A stretch of 63,969 nt of DNA, the filler included, from Planctomycetota bacterium (GTDB lineage Bacteria; Planctomycetota; Planctomycetia; JALXBF01): NCBI GenBank assembly GCA_026991575.1. It is 3 parts of 3 records of this genome, joined end to end, with 100 filler letters (N's around TTAATTAATTAA, not from the genome) between each part and the next. Parts side by side here need not be neighbours in the genome. Positions count along the whole stretch, not along the records: positions 1 to 21,750 come from JALXBF010000060.1; 2 more parts are not named here. One strand, written 5' to 3'. Positions within the stretch are counted from its first letter, which is position 1, and every line of letters begins with the position of its first letter. The notes beneath the pieces were generated by a model that saw only the letters and a program-made list of their open reading frames with translations, searched no databases and was not told where the DNA came from. The position numbers and the translations under genes are program-made. Positions 8,904-19,288 of this stretch are shown piece after piece.

Positions 8904-11219
8904 TCATGGCTCGGCCGCTGCCTCTTGCTGCTGCATCGCCCGCCACTCTTCCAGCGTGATCAGTACTTCCCGTGCCTGACTGCCGTTGTACTCGCCCACG
9001 ATGCCGTCCTCGGCCATGTGGTCGATAAGCCGGGCGGCGCGGCCGTAGCCGATGCCCAGAGCACGCTGCAGCAATGACGTGGATCCGCGCCGTTCCCGCA
9101 GCACGATTTCCACGGCCTCGTCGTAGAGTTCGTCCCGTTCCTTGGCTAGCTGGGCACGGCGCCCGCCGTTCTTCGTCTTGCGGGCAAGCCCCATCAATTC
9201 CTTGCTGTACTGCGGTTCATAGCGGCTCTCGAAGAACTCCACCACCCGTTCGATCTCGTGGTCCGCGACGTAGGTGCCCTGGGCCCGAACGGTCTGGCTG
9301 GTGCCCGGGATCAAGAACAGCATGTCACCGTTGCCCAGAAGCTTTTCGGCGCCCATCTCATCGAGCACGACACGACTGTCGGAGCGGCTGGAGACCTGGA
9401 AGCAAATGCGCGCGGGCAAGTTCGACTTGATCAACCCGGTGATCACGTCGACGGTTGGCTTTTGGGTCGCGAACACCAGGTGGATGCCGACCGCCCGAGA
9501 CTTCTGTGCCAGTCGGATGATGTGCCCTTCGATTTCTTTCGGGGCGGTCATCATCAGGTCGGCCATCTCGTCCGCAAAGATCAGAATGTATGGCATGCGC
9601 ACCGGCACCTGAGCGCGTGCTTCGTCGTCTTCAACCTGCAACCGCCGATAGAGTTCCTCGGCGCCAAGCTTGTTGTACGCCTTCAGATGCCGGACGCCGG
9701 CGCGCGCGAGCAGGTCGTAGCGTTCCTCCATCTTGTCGACTGCCCAGGCCAGCAGGGCCTCCGCCTTCTTCATGTCGGTCACGACCGGGTGCATCAGATG
9801 GGGAATTCTCCGATAGGGGGACAATTCGACCATCTTCGGATCGATCATCAATAGCTTGACCTGGTCGGGGGTTCGCGTAAACAGCACCGACAGGATCAAC
9901 GCGTTCAAGCAGACCGACTTGCCCGTGCCGGTGCGGCCGGCGATCAGCAGGTGAGGCATCTGGGCAAGGTCGTAGACCAACGGATTCCCGCGTACATCCT
10001 TGCCCAGAAACAGCGGAATTTCCATTTTCCGCACGCAATCGGCCGCTGCGCGGATGACTTCTTTGAGCCGCACGTACTGGCGGTGCCGGTTGGGTACCTC
10101 AATGCCGACGGTGTCCTTGCCAGGAATCGGTGCCACGACCCGGACGCTGGCGGCCTTCAGCGCGATGGCCAGGTCGTCGGCGACGCTGTGGATCTTGCCC
10201 ACCCGCAGACCGGATTCCAGCGCCACCTCATACTGGGTGATCACTGGGCCGGTGTGGATGTCCCGCAGCTCGACGTGATAACCAAACTCCGCCAGAGCCT
10301 GCTTCAGTCGCCGTCCGCGCGCGACGACTTCCTCGCGGTACTTCTCATACGGGAACGGTTCCGGGTCATCCAGCAGATCCAACGGCGGCAGGCTGAAGCC
10401 GCTCTCACTGGCGGGGGTCGGCAGGCTCCGCACGGCTCGATCCGGCGCGCTTGGCGGCAGCTTCGGCACCGGCAGCTCGCTGTCAGCGGACGCCGCTGCA
10501 GGCTCTGCCCTGGTCGACTCCGCTGCGGCCGTCTGTCGCGTTTCCTGGCGGTCCGGACCGGAGAGCTTGGCATCGGCACGGTCCCGGTTTGCAGGCGGGG
10601 CCGGGAGCGCCGGCAGCTCCGATCGTAGCCGTCCGAGGCGAGCCGTGGCGGAGCGGACAGCTCGGGGAAGGTGACCGGCCAGTAGGCTCAGTACCCTCAG
10701 GGTCCAGACGACCGGCTTCACGAGCAGCGCTTCGCAGACCAGCAGCAGACCGGTGGTTAGCGCGGCCGACAGTAGCAGGTACATGCCCACGCTGGAGAAG
10801 TAGTTCACCAGCAGCCGGTGCAGGGTAACCCCGACCGTACCGCCAGGCAGCGGCAGCGGAAACGTGGGGACACGGCCAAAGGCAATGTCGGCCAGCGTCG
10901 CCGTGGTGGCCAGCAGCAAGAGCCAGCCTGCCATGCAGGTCAGAGGTTGACGGGGGCGGCGGCGTGCGAAGAGCAAGACGACTGCTACGGCGGCAGCAAC
11001 CAGCAGCAGCCAGGCCGCAGCGCCGATGGTGTCGTACAGCCCAGCTGCAAGCCAGGCACCGACACGGCCACAGAGGTTGACAGGGGGGTTGTTGAGCGGC
11101 CAGACCAGCGATGATGGTGGGTCGGCTGGGCTATAGCTGGCCAGGCTCACCGCAGTGAACACGGTGGCAATGAACGCCAGAAACGCAACGAGGTCGAGCT
11201 GGTACCTGGTGTTGCCCAT
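8904..11219 (-). CDS. ftsK: DNA translocase FtsK (start approximate)
   Basis: N-terminal TM segments, PHLLIAGRTGTGKS Walker A, IDPKMVEL, RLAQKSRAVGIH, gamma domain SLLQRALGIGYGRAARLID. Confidence 0.95.
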   Translation of the reverse strand: MGNTRYQLDLVAFLAFIATVFTAVSLASYSPADPPSSLVWPLNNPPVNLCGRVGAWLAAGLYDTIGAAAWLLLVAAAVAVVLLFARRRPRQPLTCMAGWLLLLATTATLADIAFGRVPTFPLPLPGGTVGVTLHRLLVNYFSSVGMYLLLSAALTTGLLLVCEALLVKPVVWTLRVLSLLAGHLPRAVRSATARLGRLRSELPALPAPPANRDRADAKLSGPDRQETRQTAAAESTRAEPAAASADSELPVPKLPPSAPDRAVRSLPTPASESGFSLPPLDLLDDPEPFPYEKYREEVVARGRRLKQALAEFGYHVELRDIHTGPVITQYEVALESGLRVGKIHSVADDLAIALKAASVRVVAPIPGKDTVGIEVPNRHRQYVRLKEVIRAAADCVRKMEIPLFLGKDVRGNPLVYDLAQMPHLLIAGRTGTGKSVCLNALILSVLFTRTPDQVKLLMIDPKMVELSPYRRIPHLMHPVVTDMKKAEALLAWAVDKMEERYDLLARAGVRHLKAYNKLGAEELYRRLQVEDDEARAQVPVRMPYILIFADEMADLMMTAPKEIEGHIIRLAQKSRAVGIHLVFATQKPTVDVITGLIKSNLPARICFQVSSRSDSRVVLDEMGAEKLLGNGDMLFLIPGTSQTVRAQGTYVADHEIERVVEFFESRYEPQYSKELMGLARKTKNGGRRAQLAKERDELYDEAVEIVLRERRGSTSLLQRALGIGYGRAARLIDHMAEDGIVGEYNGSQAREVLITLEEWRAMQQQEAAAEP

Positions 11220-11754
11220 GGTTGTAGCTTGCCGATCGGCGCGCACGTCATGCCACTGCCTCCTTATCGCCTCTGCGCGGTTGTCCACTGAAGCGTTGCC
11301 TCGCGCCTCAGGTGCCGGTAGGACGTCGTGGTCGGGCCGGTATGGTTGGGAGACGCGCGCAAACGAGGCAGGATAGGAAAATGAGCCGCGATGGCTGAGA
11401 TCCTGATTGTGCAGACAGTTGCGGTCGCGGTACGCTGCGCGTTGGCTGCCGTGGCTGGATTCGGTTGGCTGTTTGGATGAGGTGGCGAAGCAGGCGGACG
11501 GGGCGGCTCGTTTGACGTGCCCCACGGGCGGTTTTAGAATGCGTGGGAAGTGGGGCAGGCCAGGAAGTTGCCATGATGGGCCTTTCCTTTGAGTGGATTG
11601 CCGGGTTCGTGCGGGCTGAGCCCCGGCAGCAGGCGCCGGAGATCAGGCCGGTCGCTTCGGATCAGTTATCCTCTTCAGGTGGCAGGTGCTGCCTGTGGTC
11701 TGCGCAGTTCGGCTGACTGATGGCTACAGCCGACGGCTCGGGACGGGTTAAACG

Positions 11755-13404
11755 ATGAGCAAACACATTTTCATCACCGGTGGTGTGGTCAGCTCGTTGG
11801 GCAAGGGATTGACAGCGGCATCGCTTGGGATGCTGCTGGAGCGCATGGGGTTGCGCATCCGGCTTCAGAAGTTCGACCCGTACATCAACGTTGATCCGGG
11901 CACGATGAGCCCGTACCAGCACGGGGAGGTGTACGTGCTGGACGACGGCAGCGAGACCGATCTTGACCTCGGACACTACGAACGCTTCACCGACGCCCCG
12001 GTAACCAGCTCGTGCAACTACACGACCGGCCAGATCTACCTGACGGTGATCAATCGGGAGCGTGAAGGGGGGTACTTGGGGCACACCGTCCAAGTGATTC
12101 CGCACGTCACCGACGAGATCAAGCGGGCCATCCTGGAGCTGGCCACACCCGAGGTGGACGTGGTGATCACGGAGATCGGGGGCACGGTTGGCGATATCGA
12201 AGGGTTGCCGTTCTTGGAGGCGATTCGGCAGTTGGGGCTGGAGGTAGGCCGGGAGAACTGTCTGTACATTCATCTGACGCTCGTGCCGTTTCTGAAGGCT
12301 GCAGGAGAGGCCAAGACCAAGCCGACACAGCATTCGGTTCAGAAGTTGCGTGAGATCGGGATCCAGCCCGACATACTGATCTGCCGCACGGAGGTGCCGC
12401 TGAGAGAGGAGGAGCGGCGCAAGATTGCGTTGTTCTGCAACGTGGAGCTGGATGCGGTGATTGAGGAGCGGGACAAGGAGTACACGATCTACGAGGTGCC
12501 ACTCAGTCTGGCACGCAACGGCCTGCCGCAGCTTGTTGCCCGCAAGCTGCGGTTGGAGACCGGCCCGTTGGACCTGTCGGATTGGGAGGAACTTGTACGG
12601 CGGGCGATTCATCCGGAGCGTACGGTGACGATTGCGGTGGTGGGCAAGTACGTCCGTCACCAGGATGCGTACAAGTCGTTGTATGAAGCTCTGGATCATG
12701 CCGGGCTGGCGCACGAGACGCGTGTGATCGTGCGACGGGTCGAAGCGGAGGAGATCGAGGAGCGGGGGCCGGAGCCGCTCTTGAGTGCTGTGGACGGGAT
12801 TCTGGTACCGGGCGGCTTCGGTACGCGGGGCACGGAGGGAAAGATGCAGGCAATTCAGTACGCCCGGGAGCAGAAGATACCGTTCTTTGGCATCTGTCTC
12901 GGGATGCAGTGTGCGGTGATCGAGTTTGCGCGCAACGTGATCGGGCTGGCGGGGGCCAACAGCACGGAGTTTGATCCGGAGACGCGCTCCCCGGTGATTT
13001 GTCTAATGGAAGAGCAGAAGGCCGTGACCAATCTGGGCGGCACGATGCGGCTGGGGGCTTATCCGTGTGAGCTGCTGGCGGGGAGCCGGGCTCATCAGTG
13101 TTACGGCCGCGATCTGGTTCACGAGCGGCACCGCCACCGCTATGAGTTCAACATCGCGTATCGGGAGCTGTTCGAGAAGCACGGCATGGTGGTGACGGGG
13201 CTGAGCCCGGACGGCAAGCTGGTGGAGATTGTCGAGATTCCCGCGCATCCCTGGTACGTCGCGGTGCAGTTTCATCCGGAGTTCAAGTCCAAGCCGACGC
13301 GGCCGCATCCGTTGTTTGTCGGCTTTGTGGCGGCGGCGTTGGCCTATCGGGATCGTCAGGAGCCGACGGAGGCTTCGGCGGTGGCCGGCGGCAGCGAGGC
13401 GTAA
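11755..13404 (+). CDS. pyrG: CTP synthase
   Basis: [56 protein letters not shown]. Confidence 0.99.
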   Translation: MSKHIFITGGVVSSLGKGLTAASLGMLLERMGLRIRLQKFDPYINVDPGTMSPYQHGEVYVLDDGSETDLDLGHYERFTDAPVTSSCNYTTGQIYLTVINREREGGYLGHTVQVIPHVTDEIKRAILELATPEVDVVITEIGGTVGDIEGLPFLEAIRQLGLEVGRENCLYIHLTLVPFLKAAGEAKTKPTQHSVQKLREIGIQPDILICRTEVPLREEERRKIALFCNVELDAVIEERDKEYTIYEVPLSLARNGLPQLVARKLRLETGPLDLSDWEELVRRAIHPERTVTIAVVGKYVRHQDAYKSLYEALDHAGLAHETRVIVRRVEAEEIEERGPEPLLSAVDGILVPGGFGTRGTEGKMQAIQYAREQKIPFFGICLGMQCAVIEFARNVIGLAGANSTEFDPETRSPVICLMEEQKAVTNLGGTMRLGAYPCELLAGSRAHQCYGRDLVHERHRHRYEFNIAYRELFEKHGMVVTGLSPDGKLVEIVEIPAHPWYVAVQFHPEFKSKPTRPHPLFVGFVAAALAYRDRQEPTEASAVAGGSEA

Positions 13405-13454
13405 CGGTGCTAACTCGTGGTGCTACGGCATCTTATCGAGGCTGTGCCGTCGGG

Positions 13455-13482
13455 TTGCACCGGAGGAGGGGGCCGGTATACT
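13455..13482 (+). promoter_or_regulatory. Sigma70-type promoter of tRNA-Ser
   Basis: TTGCAC-16 nt-TATACT, 15 nt upstream of the tRNA. Confidence 0.65.
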
Positions 13483-13497
13483 ATGAAGGTGACGTTC

Positions 13498-13589
13498 GGA
13501 GAGGTGGCTGAGTGGCCGAAAGCGGCGGCTTGCTAAGCCGTTGAGGGGGTGATAAACTCCCTCCGCGGGTTCGAATCCCGCCCTCTCCG
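13498..13589 (+). tRNA. tRNA-Ser (anticodon GCT); CCA not encoded
   Basis: Acceptor GGAGAGG/CCTCTCC-G, D arm TGGCTGAGTGGCCGAAAGC, anticodon loop TTGCTAA, long variable arm, T loop GGTTCGAATCC. Confidence 0.97.
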
Positions 13590-13593
13590 CCTT

Positions 13594-13629
13594 GGCGGCG
13601 TGACCGACACGAGGCACGCCGCCTGTTTT
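13594..13629 (+). terminator. Probable intrinsic terminator after tRNA
   Basis: GGCGGCGTG/CACGCCGCC stem followed by TGTTTT. Confidence 0.55.
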
Positions 13630-13778
13630 CTGCGCGGCGTTGGCCGGCTAAAGGCAGGTACGCTGCCTGCCGATAGAAGCGATGCAGTAAACTGGCCTTG
13701 ACGCTGTTCGCCGAGCGCGGTACCTGCGGGGCGAACATATCCAGAGGAGACAGACCGAGGTTGGTCAGGGAGGATGTC

Positions 13779-15113
13779 GTGACGCGGCCGACGTTTGCTT
13801 TCGTTCTCTGTGCGGCAACGCTTGCCGTGGGCAGCCGCCTACCGGCTCAGGAGGCGGGCCGAGCCAAGGCGGTGAGCCTCTACGAGGCCTCGGAGGCCGT
13901 GGCCAGTGCGGAGCATGGCTCGATCCGCCAGGCCGTGCTTAGTTGGCTGCCCACCGATCTGACCGACGTGGCGCTGCCCAGCATGCCGTCGCTGACCGCT
14001 CCTGGAGGCGTGCGGATCGGCGGCTGGCTGCAACAGGGCTTCACCTGGAATCCGGACTCACCGGACAATCGCCTCAACGGCCCGAACCTCCTGAACTACC
14101 GCTCCAACGAGTACCTCTTGAACCAGCTCTACCTCTATATCGAGCGGCCGGTGAACAAGGAGGGCGGCATCTGGGACATCGGTGGCCGTGTCGGGCTGCT
14201 TTACGGTACCGACTACGCGTTCGTCGCCGTACCTGGGCTGGAGCTGGAACAGGACGGTACCCATCGATGGAACAGCGACAGCCATACCACGTACGGGCTC
14301 GCCATGCCGGAGCTGTATGTGGAGACGTTCGTGCCAATCGGCGGCGGCCTGACGGTCAAAGCCGGGCACTTCTTCACAATCACCGGCTACGAAGTGATCG
14401 CTGCTCCAGGCAACTTCTTCTACTCCCATACGTACACCTTCTCGTACGGCGAGCCGTTCACGCACACCGGCGCGCTGGCTAGCTATCAGCTCACGCCGGA
14501 CATCGTCATCCACAGTGGCCTGACGCTCGGAGCGGACAACTTTGACAACCCCAACGACAACTTGGGCTACCTCGGCGGGATCGAATGGAACCTGAGCCCG
14601 TCGACGAGTGTGGCGTTTGTGGTCCACTGGGCGGAACAGTCCTTCGGTGGGCGTCGTTTCGAGAACTCGGCGGAGTACATCCAAACCTTCGTGCTCAAGC
14701 ACGAAATCGCTCCCGGACTCCGTTACGTGTTCCAGAGCGACTTCGGCTACGGCGAAGACCAGGCGATGGTGAGCTGGGGACAGCTCGGGCACGCCGAGTG
14801 GTATGGTATGGTCCACTACCTCTTCTACGACATCAGCCCGTGCGTGACGCTCGGCGCCCGCTTCGAGTGGTTCCGGGACGAAGACAACGCGCGCATTGCC
14901 GGGTTGGACTTTCTGCTGGATGGCGACGAGTACTTCAACTTCACCGTCGGCTTGAACTGGAAACCAGTCGACTGGATCATCGTCCGTCCCGAACTGCGGT
15001 GGGATTGGTCCGATGTGGACAGCCCATACATCAGCGGTTTTCGCGGGATGTACGACGACCTGAGCGACAAGAACCAGTTCACGGGGGCCGTGGACGTGGT
15101 CATCACGTACTGA
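13779..15113 (+). CDS. Outer-membrane beta-barrel protein (planctomycete BBP2/OmpL-like porin)
   Basis: Signal peptide; GGWLQQGFTWNPDSP, NQLYLYIER, GHFFTITGYEVI, YGEPFTHTG, RPELRWDW; terminal aromatic Y. GGAGG RBS before GTG 13779. Confidence 0.85.
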   Translation: MTRPTFAFVLCAATLAVGSRLPAQEAGRAKAVSLYEASEAVASAEHGSIRQAVLSWLPTDLTDVALPSMPSLTAPGGVRIGGWLQQGFTWNPDSPDNRLNGPNLLNYRSNEYLLNQLYLYIERPVNKEGGIWDIGGRVGLLYGTDYAFVAVPGLELEQDGTHRWNSDSHTTYGLAMPELYVETFVPIGGGLTVKAGHFFTITGYEVIAAPGNFFYSHTYTFSYGEPFTHTGALASYQLTPDIVIHSGLTLGADNFDNPNDNLGYLGGIEWNLSPSTSVAFVVHWAEQSFGGRRFENSAEYIQTFVLKHEIAPGLRYVFQSDFGYGEDQAMVSWGQLGHAEWYGMVHYLFYDISPCVTLGARFEWFRDEDNARIAGLDFLLDGDEYFNFTVGLNWKPVDWIIVRPELRWDWSDVDSPYISGFRGMYDDLSDKNQFTGAVDVVITY

Positions 15114-15150
15114 GGCCCGGTTCGCTTAGAATGGGACGGTGGAACACGTG

Positions 15151-15192
15151 GCAGGGAGCGCAGAGCAGCCGCCTCTGTGCTCCTTGTCTTTT
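15151..15192 (+). terminator. Probable intrinsic terminator after porin
   Basis: GCAGGGAGCGCAGAG/CTCTGTGCTCCTTGT stem followed by CTTTT. Confidence 0.55.
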
Positions 15193-15220
15193 CGGCCCAG
15201 GGCCACACGAGGCGGAATCG

Positions 15221-15559
15221 ATGAGCGAAGCGAAGGAACGGATCACGATCGACGAGTTCAAGCGGTTGGACCTGCGGATTGCCCGCGTCGTTGAGGCGCG
15301 GCCGCATCCGAACGCGGACAGGCTGATCCTGCTACGCGTCGACGTGGGCGATGAAGTGAAGCAGATCGTGGCCGGCTTGCGGCAGTGGTATGAGCCGGAG
15401 CAGCTTGTCGGCAAACTGATCGTCGTCCTCAACAACCTGCAGCCGGCAAAGCTCCGCGGTGAGGTGTCCGACGGCATGCTCCTGGCGGCCACCTCAGGCG
15501 ATCAGGTCGTGATCCTGACGACGGAGCGACCGGTTGAGCCCGGCGCACCGGTGAGCTGA
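15221..15559 (+). CDS. Stand-alone tRNA-binding OB-fold protein (MetG C-terminal/Trbp111/CsaA-like)
   Basis: ITIDEFKRLDLRIARV, HPNADRL, QIVAGL, NLQPAKLRGEVSDGMLLAA. Confidence 0.9.
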   Translation: MSEAKERITIDEFKRLDLRIARVVEARPHPNADRLILLRVDVGDEVKQIVAGLRQWYEPEQLVGKLIVVLNNLQPAKLRGEVSDGMLLAATSGDQVVILTTERPVEPGAPVS

Positions 15560-15640
15560 GTTCCGTCGGTACCGTGCGCGCGGCGGAGGCTGGCGCGCGT
15601 GGCCGTTGACGCTGGGCACGATGTGGTGTGAACCTAAAGT

Positions 15641-15813
15641 GGCCGGGATGTGCGGTCGAAACTGAGCTAAGGCCGCGAAAAAGTCCTGCAGGAGCCCCCC
15701 CGGCTCGGTTGTGTGGGCCGTCGCTGCTGGGGGAAACGACGACCGAACGCGCTAGCGGGGGGGTCCTGCACGGACGTAGCGCTGGGAAAAAGACTTACCT
15801 CCGTGTCCTGGCT
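15641..15813 (+). ncRNA. ssrS: Candidate 6S RNA
   Basis: ~173-nt intergenic rod. Closing stem GGCCGGGAT/GTCCTGGCT, inner stem GTCCTGCAGGAGCCCCCC/GGGGGGGTCCTGCACGGAC, A-rich central bubble. Upstream TTGACG (15606) and TGnGAACCT. Confidence 0.55.
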
Positions 15814-15821
15814 GACCGTAC

Positions 15822-16292
15822 TCATTGCGTTAACGTTTCGAACAGGTCGCCAAACTCGGCCAGCGCCCGCTTCAGGTAGCTCCGCCAAGCCTTCGGGTGC
15901 CAAAGCTCCAGGCACACAGCCGCGCCCACGACCACCACGTCGTTTCCCGGCTCTAGCGCCAGGAATTCGCGAAAGCCTTCCGGAATCAGCAGTCTGCCGT
16001 TGCTGGCGATCTTCACCTCCCGGTACTTCGTGCTCAACAACCGGCCAAAGGTCTGCAGCTGATCGACCCGGTTCTTCATCCAGTTGGACCGGATCTTCTG
16101 CTCGACCAGCTGGATACCCGCCTCAATCCGTTGCTGCCACAGTCCCTTGGGCCATAAGCTCAGGGCGCCGTAACGTTCCTTGCCCAGGATGCAGTCCCGA
16201 GAGCCGTCGGGGCACAGGGCCTCGACGAGCTCCGCCGGCAGGGTCACCCGCCAGCGGTCGTCGATTGTCCGCACGTACTCGCCTTGGATCAT
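15822..16292 (-). CDS. mraZ: MraZ-family transcriptional regulator
   Basis: GEYVRTIDDRWRVTLP and second AbrB-like repeat NGRLLIPEGFREF...VVVVGAAVCLELWHP. Confidence 0.85.
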   Translation of the reverse strand: MIQGEYVRTIDDRWRVTLPAELVEALCPDGSRDCILGKERYGALSLWPKGLWQQRIEAGIQLVEQKIRSNWMKNRVDQLQTFGRLLSTKYREVKIASNGRLLIPEGFREFLALEPGNDVVVVGAAVCLELWHPKAWRSYLKRALAEFGDLFETLTQ

Positions 16293-16312
16293 CGCCCTCG
16301 GGACCGGCCACT

Positions 16313-16374
16313 CTGGGAAAGCTTCCCACAACCGACGCCGATTATACCGCCAATCTGGGAAGCTTTTCCACAAC
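16313..16374 (-). promoter_or_regulatory. Paired palindromic operators flanking a TATAAT -10 upstream of mraZ
   Basis: Two 20-nt repeats (16313-16332, 16355-16374) containing TGGGAA-N3-TT(C/T)CCA, 42 bp apart. TATAAT on the minus strand at 16341-16346. Confidence 0.6.
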
Positions 16375-16744
16375 ACGAAGGATACCGCGCGCCGGCACCA
16401 TCCGCAAGACCATCTGTGTCCGCGACCAGGGAACGCCGCCAGAGCACGATGACACCAAGCGGTCAGGTCCGCTGCGCCGGGGCATTCTGGCCGCGATGCC
16501 GCCCGATCTAGCACGGGCCGGCCACCGCGGCGGACGGTCCGAAGGCGGCCGTCTGAGCATCCGCTCAAGAGATGTGTCCGGAGGCTGACCTGGCACCGCG
16601 ATTCACTCATCGTGGCGCGAGCGTGCGCTGCGGTGTGCGTGTACGACCGACAGCCCCCGGCTTGACCCAGCCCCGCCACAACCTATGTTCGCATAGGGGA
16701 AAGCAGTGTCCGGCTAACGCATCTCAGTTTCTGGGGGTAGGACC

Positions 16745-18205
16745 ATGTCGGTTCCACGTCACAGGCCACCGTCTCGTCGGTCAATCGCCACAACGCGCAC
16801 CGGTGGCATCCTGCTGTTCGGCACCGTGCTGCTGGTAGCGCTCCTTGGCTTCGTAGCGCTGGCCATCGACGTCGGCTACATCTATGTTGCACGGCATCAG
16901 CTCCGTACCGCTGCGGACGCAGCGGCCCTGGCAGCTGCCGGGGCGCTGGGTGACGGCGGTGACATCGAAGCGGCCAAGCTGGCGGCCGTGTCCATCGCGT
17001 CCCAGAACGAAGTCGACGGCAGCCCGGTGACGATCGACCCGAACCAGGACGTAATCCCCGGCCGGTACGAGTACAGTGCGGAGACGGGCCAGTGGACCTT
17101 TGTGCCGTGGGCCGAGCCATACGACGCTGTGAAAGTGGTTGCCCGACGCACTGGCAGCGGCAGCAGCTTTGGTGCTTCGGCCGACGGCCCGATCGGACTG
17201 CTCTTCGCTCGCCTGCTCGGCTTCGACACGGTCGACGTTGCCGCGTCGGCGATCGCCAAGTTTCAGGCACGCGACATCGCATTGGTCATCGACCTGTCCG
17301 GGTCGATGACCTACGACAGCGCCCTAATCCACGAGAACAAGCTAGACATCAACATCGAGGACATCTGGACTGCCCTGGGCAAGCCGACGTTCGGCAACAT
17401 GACCAAGTTCAACAAGCTCTACTACTACTCGCCCTACTACTCGACGTCCAAGATCAAGAGCTTCCTTGGCCTCAAGGGGGTGCCATACCCGTATCCGAAA
17501 GGATCGTGGGACGAGTATATCTGGTACGTGCGCAACGCCTGGCACCTGGGCAAGGCGGGGTACCGGCACAAGTACGGCCTGAAGACCTTCATCGACTACT
17601 TGCTGATGTACCGCCGAAGCCACGCCAGCACGCCTCAGCTCGCAGACACCCCTGAGCAGCCGATTACGGCGGTAAAGCAGGCCGTGGAGATCATGGTGGA
17701 ATACCTCAAGACGCTCGACACCCCCGAATGGGCAGCCTTTGCCACGTTCGATACGTACGCCCGCATCGAGCTTCAACTGACCCCCGATCTGGACCAGATC
17801 ACGGCCGCCATGTGGGACCGTCAAGCTGGTCACTACTACAACTTCACGAACATCGGTGCCGGCATCAAGAACGGTCACGAGGCGCTGACGAACGAGTACG
17901 CACGGCCGCAGGCGTTCAAGGTCATGGTGGTTTTCACCGACGGCCGAGCCAATCGTCCCGGAGGGTGGACGACCGGGAAGCAGTATGCCATCGAGCGGGC
18001 TCAGGCCGCGGCGGCCGCTGGCATCGTGATCCACACGATCACGTTCGGGTCGGCCGCAGACAAGCAGCTCATGGCCCAGATCGCGGAGATCGGTTCCGGT
18101 ACGCATTACCACGTCGAAGGCTTCAACGTGCAGCAATACACCCAGGAGCTGCAGGAGGTGCTCCTGGAGATCGCTGCGAACCGCCCGGTTGTCCTCGTCC
18201 AGTAG
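16745..18205 (+). CDS. TadG-like pilus-associated protein with vWA domain
   Basis: N-terminal GG+hydrophobic LLGFVALAIDVGY...QLRTAADAAALAAA; vWA MIDAS DLSGSM, TNIGAG, VVFTDG. Confidence 0.88.
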   Translation: MSVPRHRPPSRRSIATTRTGGILLFGTVLLVALLGFVALAIDVGYIYVARHQLRTAADAAALAAAGALGDGGDIEAAKLAAVSIASQNEVDGSPVTIDPNQDVIPGRYEYSAETGQWTFVPWAEPYDAVKVVARRTGSGSSFGASADGPIGLLFARLLGFDTVDVAASAIAKFQARDIALVIDLSGSMTYDSALIHENKLDINIEDIWTALGKPTFGNMTKFNKLYYYSPYYSTSKIKSFLGLKGVPYPYPKGSWDEYIWYVRNAWHLGKAGYRHKYGLKTFIDYLLMYRRSHASTPQLADTPEQPITAVKQAVEIMVEYLKTLDTPEWAAFATFDTYARIELQLTPDLDQITAAMWDRQAGHYYNFTNIGAGIKNGHEALTNEYARPQAFKVMVVFTDGRANRPGGWTTGKQYAIERAQAAAAAGIVIHTITFGSAADKQLMAQIAEIGSGTHYHVEGFNVQQYTQELQEVLLEIAANRPVVLVQ

Positions 18206-18243
18206 GCTCGTAGGTCCGAGGGGATTGTGGGGAGGTGAGCGTC

Positions 18244-19194
18244 ATGTCGAATCGGAAGCAGAGGCCACAGAGACAGCTGCGGCTGCGCCGGCTTGCCGGC
18301 GCGACCGTCGAGTTTGCGATCGTGTTTCCCGCGTTCCTGGTGTTCATCTGGGGCATCATCGAGTTTGGCCGCATGCTGATGGTTGAGCAGGCGCTGCAAC
18401 GCGCTGCGACCGAGGCGGCGAGGGCTGCGGTGACGCCCGAAGGTACCGCGAGCGATGCCATCGCGGCCGCGCAACAGGTCCTTGCCGCGAACGGCATCTC
18501 CGGCGCCCAGATCACGATCACCCCCGCCGACCTGGCAAACATGGAGCCTGGCGAGGAGATCAAGGTCGAAGTGACGGTGGCGTCCAGCCAGGTCCGCTGG
18601 CTGCCCTTCTCCATCCTGGGAACCGACGCGCCGTTGGTTGGCAGGGCAAACATGCTGAAGGAGGGAAACATCGTCTTCTACGAGCCTCCGCAGGAGGCCC
18701 TGAACGCGGTCCAGCCTGAAGACGATCCGGACAGCGGCGGCGGCGGACCGGGCGGAGGCTCCGGCGGAAAGGACAAGGACGACGACAAGGACAAGGGGGA
18801 CAAGGATAAAGACAAAGACGGCAAGAAGGGAAAGAAGGACAAGAAAAAGGGGGACGATAAGAAAGACGACGATGACAAGGACGGCGACAAAGACAAGGAT
18901 AAGGACAAGGACAAAAAGAAGAAAAAGAAGAAGGGGAAGCACGGAAAGGACAAGAAAAAGAAGTGGCACAAGAAGAAGATCAAAGACCTGCTGTCCAAGC
19001 TGAAGGACAACCTGAAGAAACCGGCAAAGAGCACGAAGGGCGGCAACGGCGACAGCTGGAACAGCAGCAAGTGGAAGGATGCTGTGAACAAGGCCAAGAA
19101 TACGCTCGAGAAGAAGAAAGCGGGCAAAGGTAAGCAGCCTAAGAAGGGGTCCTCCGGAGGAACGGGCGGCGTAAATGTGGGCGACGGCACGTGA
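18244..19194 (+). CDS. TadE-like pseudopilin with Lys/Asp-rich low-complexity C-terminal tail
   Basis: RRLAGATVEFAIVFP...GIIEFGR...AATEAARAA; C-terminal GGKDKDDDKDK...KKKKKKK. Confidence 0.82.
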   Translation: MSNRKQRPQRQLRLRRLAGATVEFAIVFPAFLVFIWGIIEFGRMLMVEQALQRAATEAARAAVTPEGTASDAIAAAQQVLAANGISGAQITITPADLANMEPGEEIKVEVTVASSQVRWLPFSILGTDAPLVGRANMLKEGNIVFYEPPQEALNAVQPEDDPDSGGGGPGGGSGGKDKDDDKDKGDKDKDKDGKKGKKDKKKGDDKKDDDDKDGDKDKDKDKDKKKKKKKGKHGKDKKKKWHKKKIKDLLSKLKDNLKKPAKSTKGGNGDSWNSSKWKDAVNKAKNTLEKKKAGKGKQPKKGSSGGTGGVNVGDGT

Positions 19195-19288
19195 GGGGTG
19201 TGCCGCTGTGGAAGAGCGTGGCGGCACGGGCGAGGCTCGAGCGGCGCCCCGCCCGTGCCGCGCCTCCAATGCCGAGCGACCTTGGTGG

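Noticed and set aside
13498..13589. tRNA-Ser as an island integration site
   Set aside because: No integrase and no duplicated tRNA 3' end seen.
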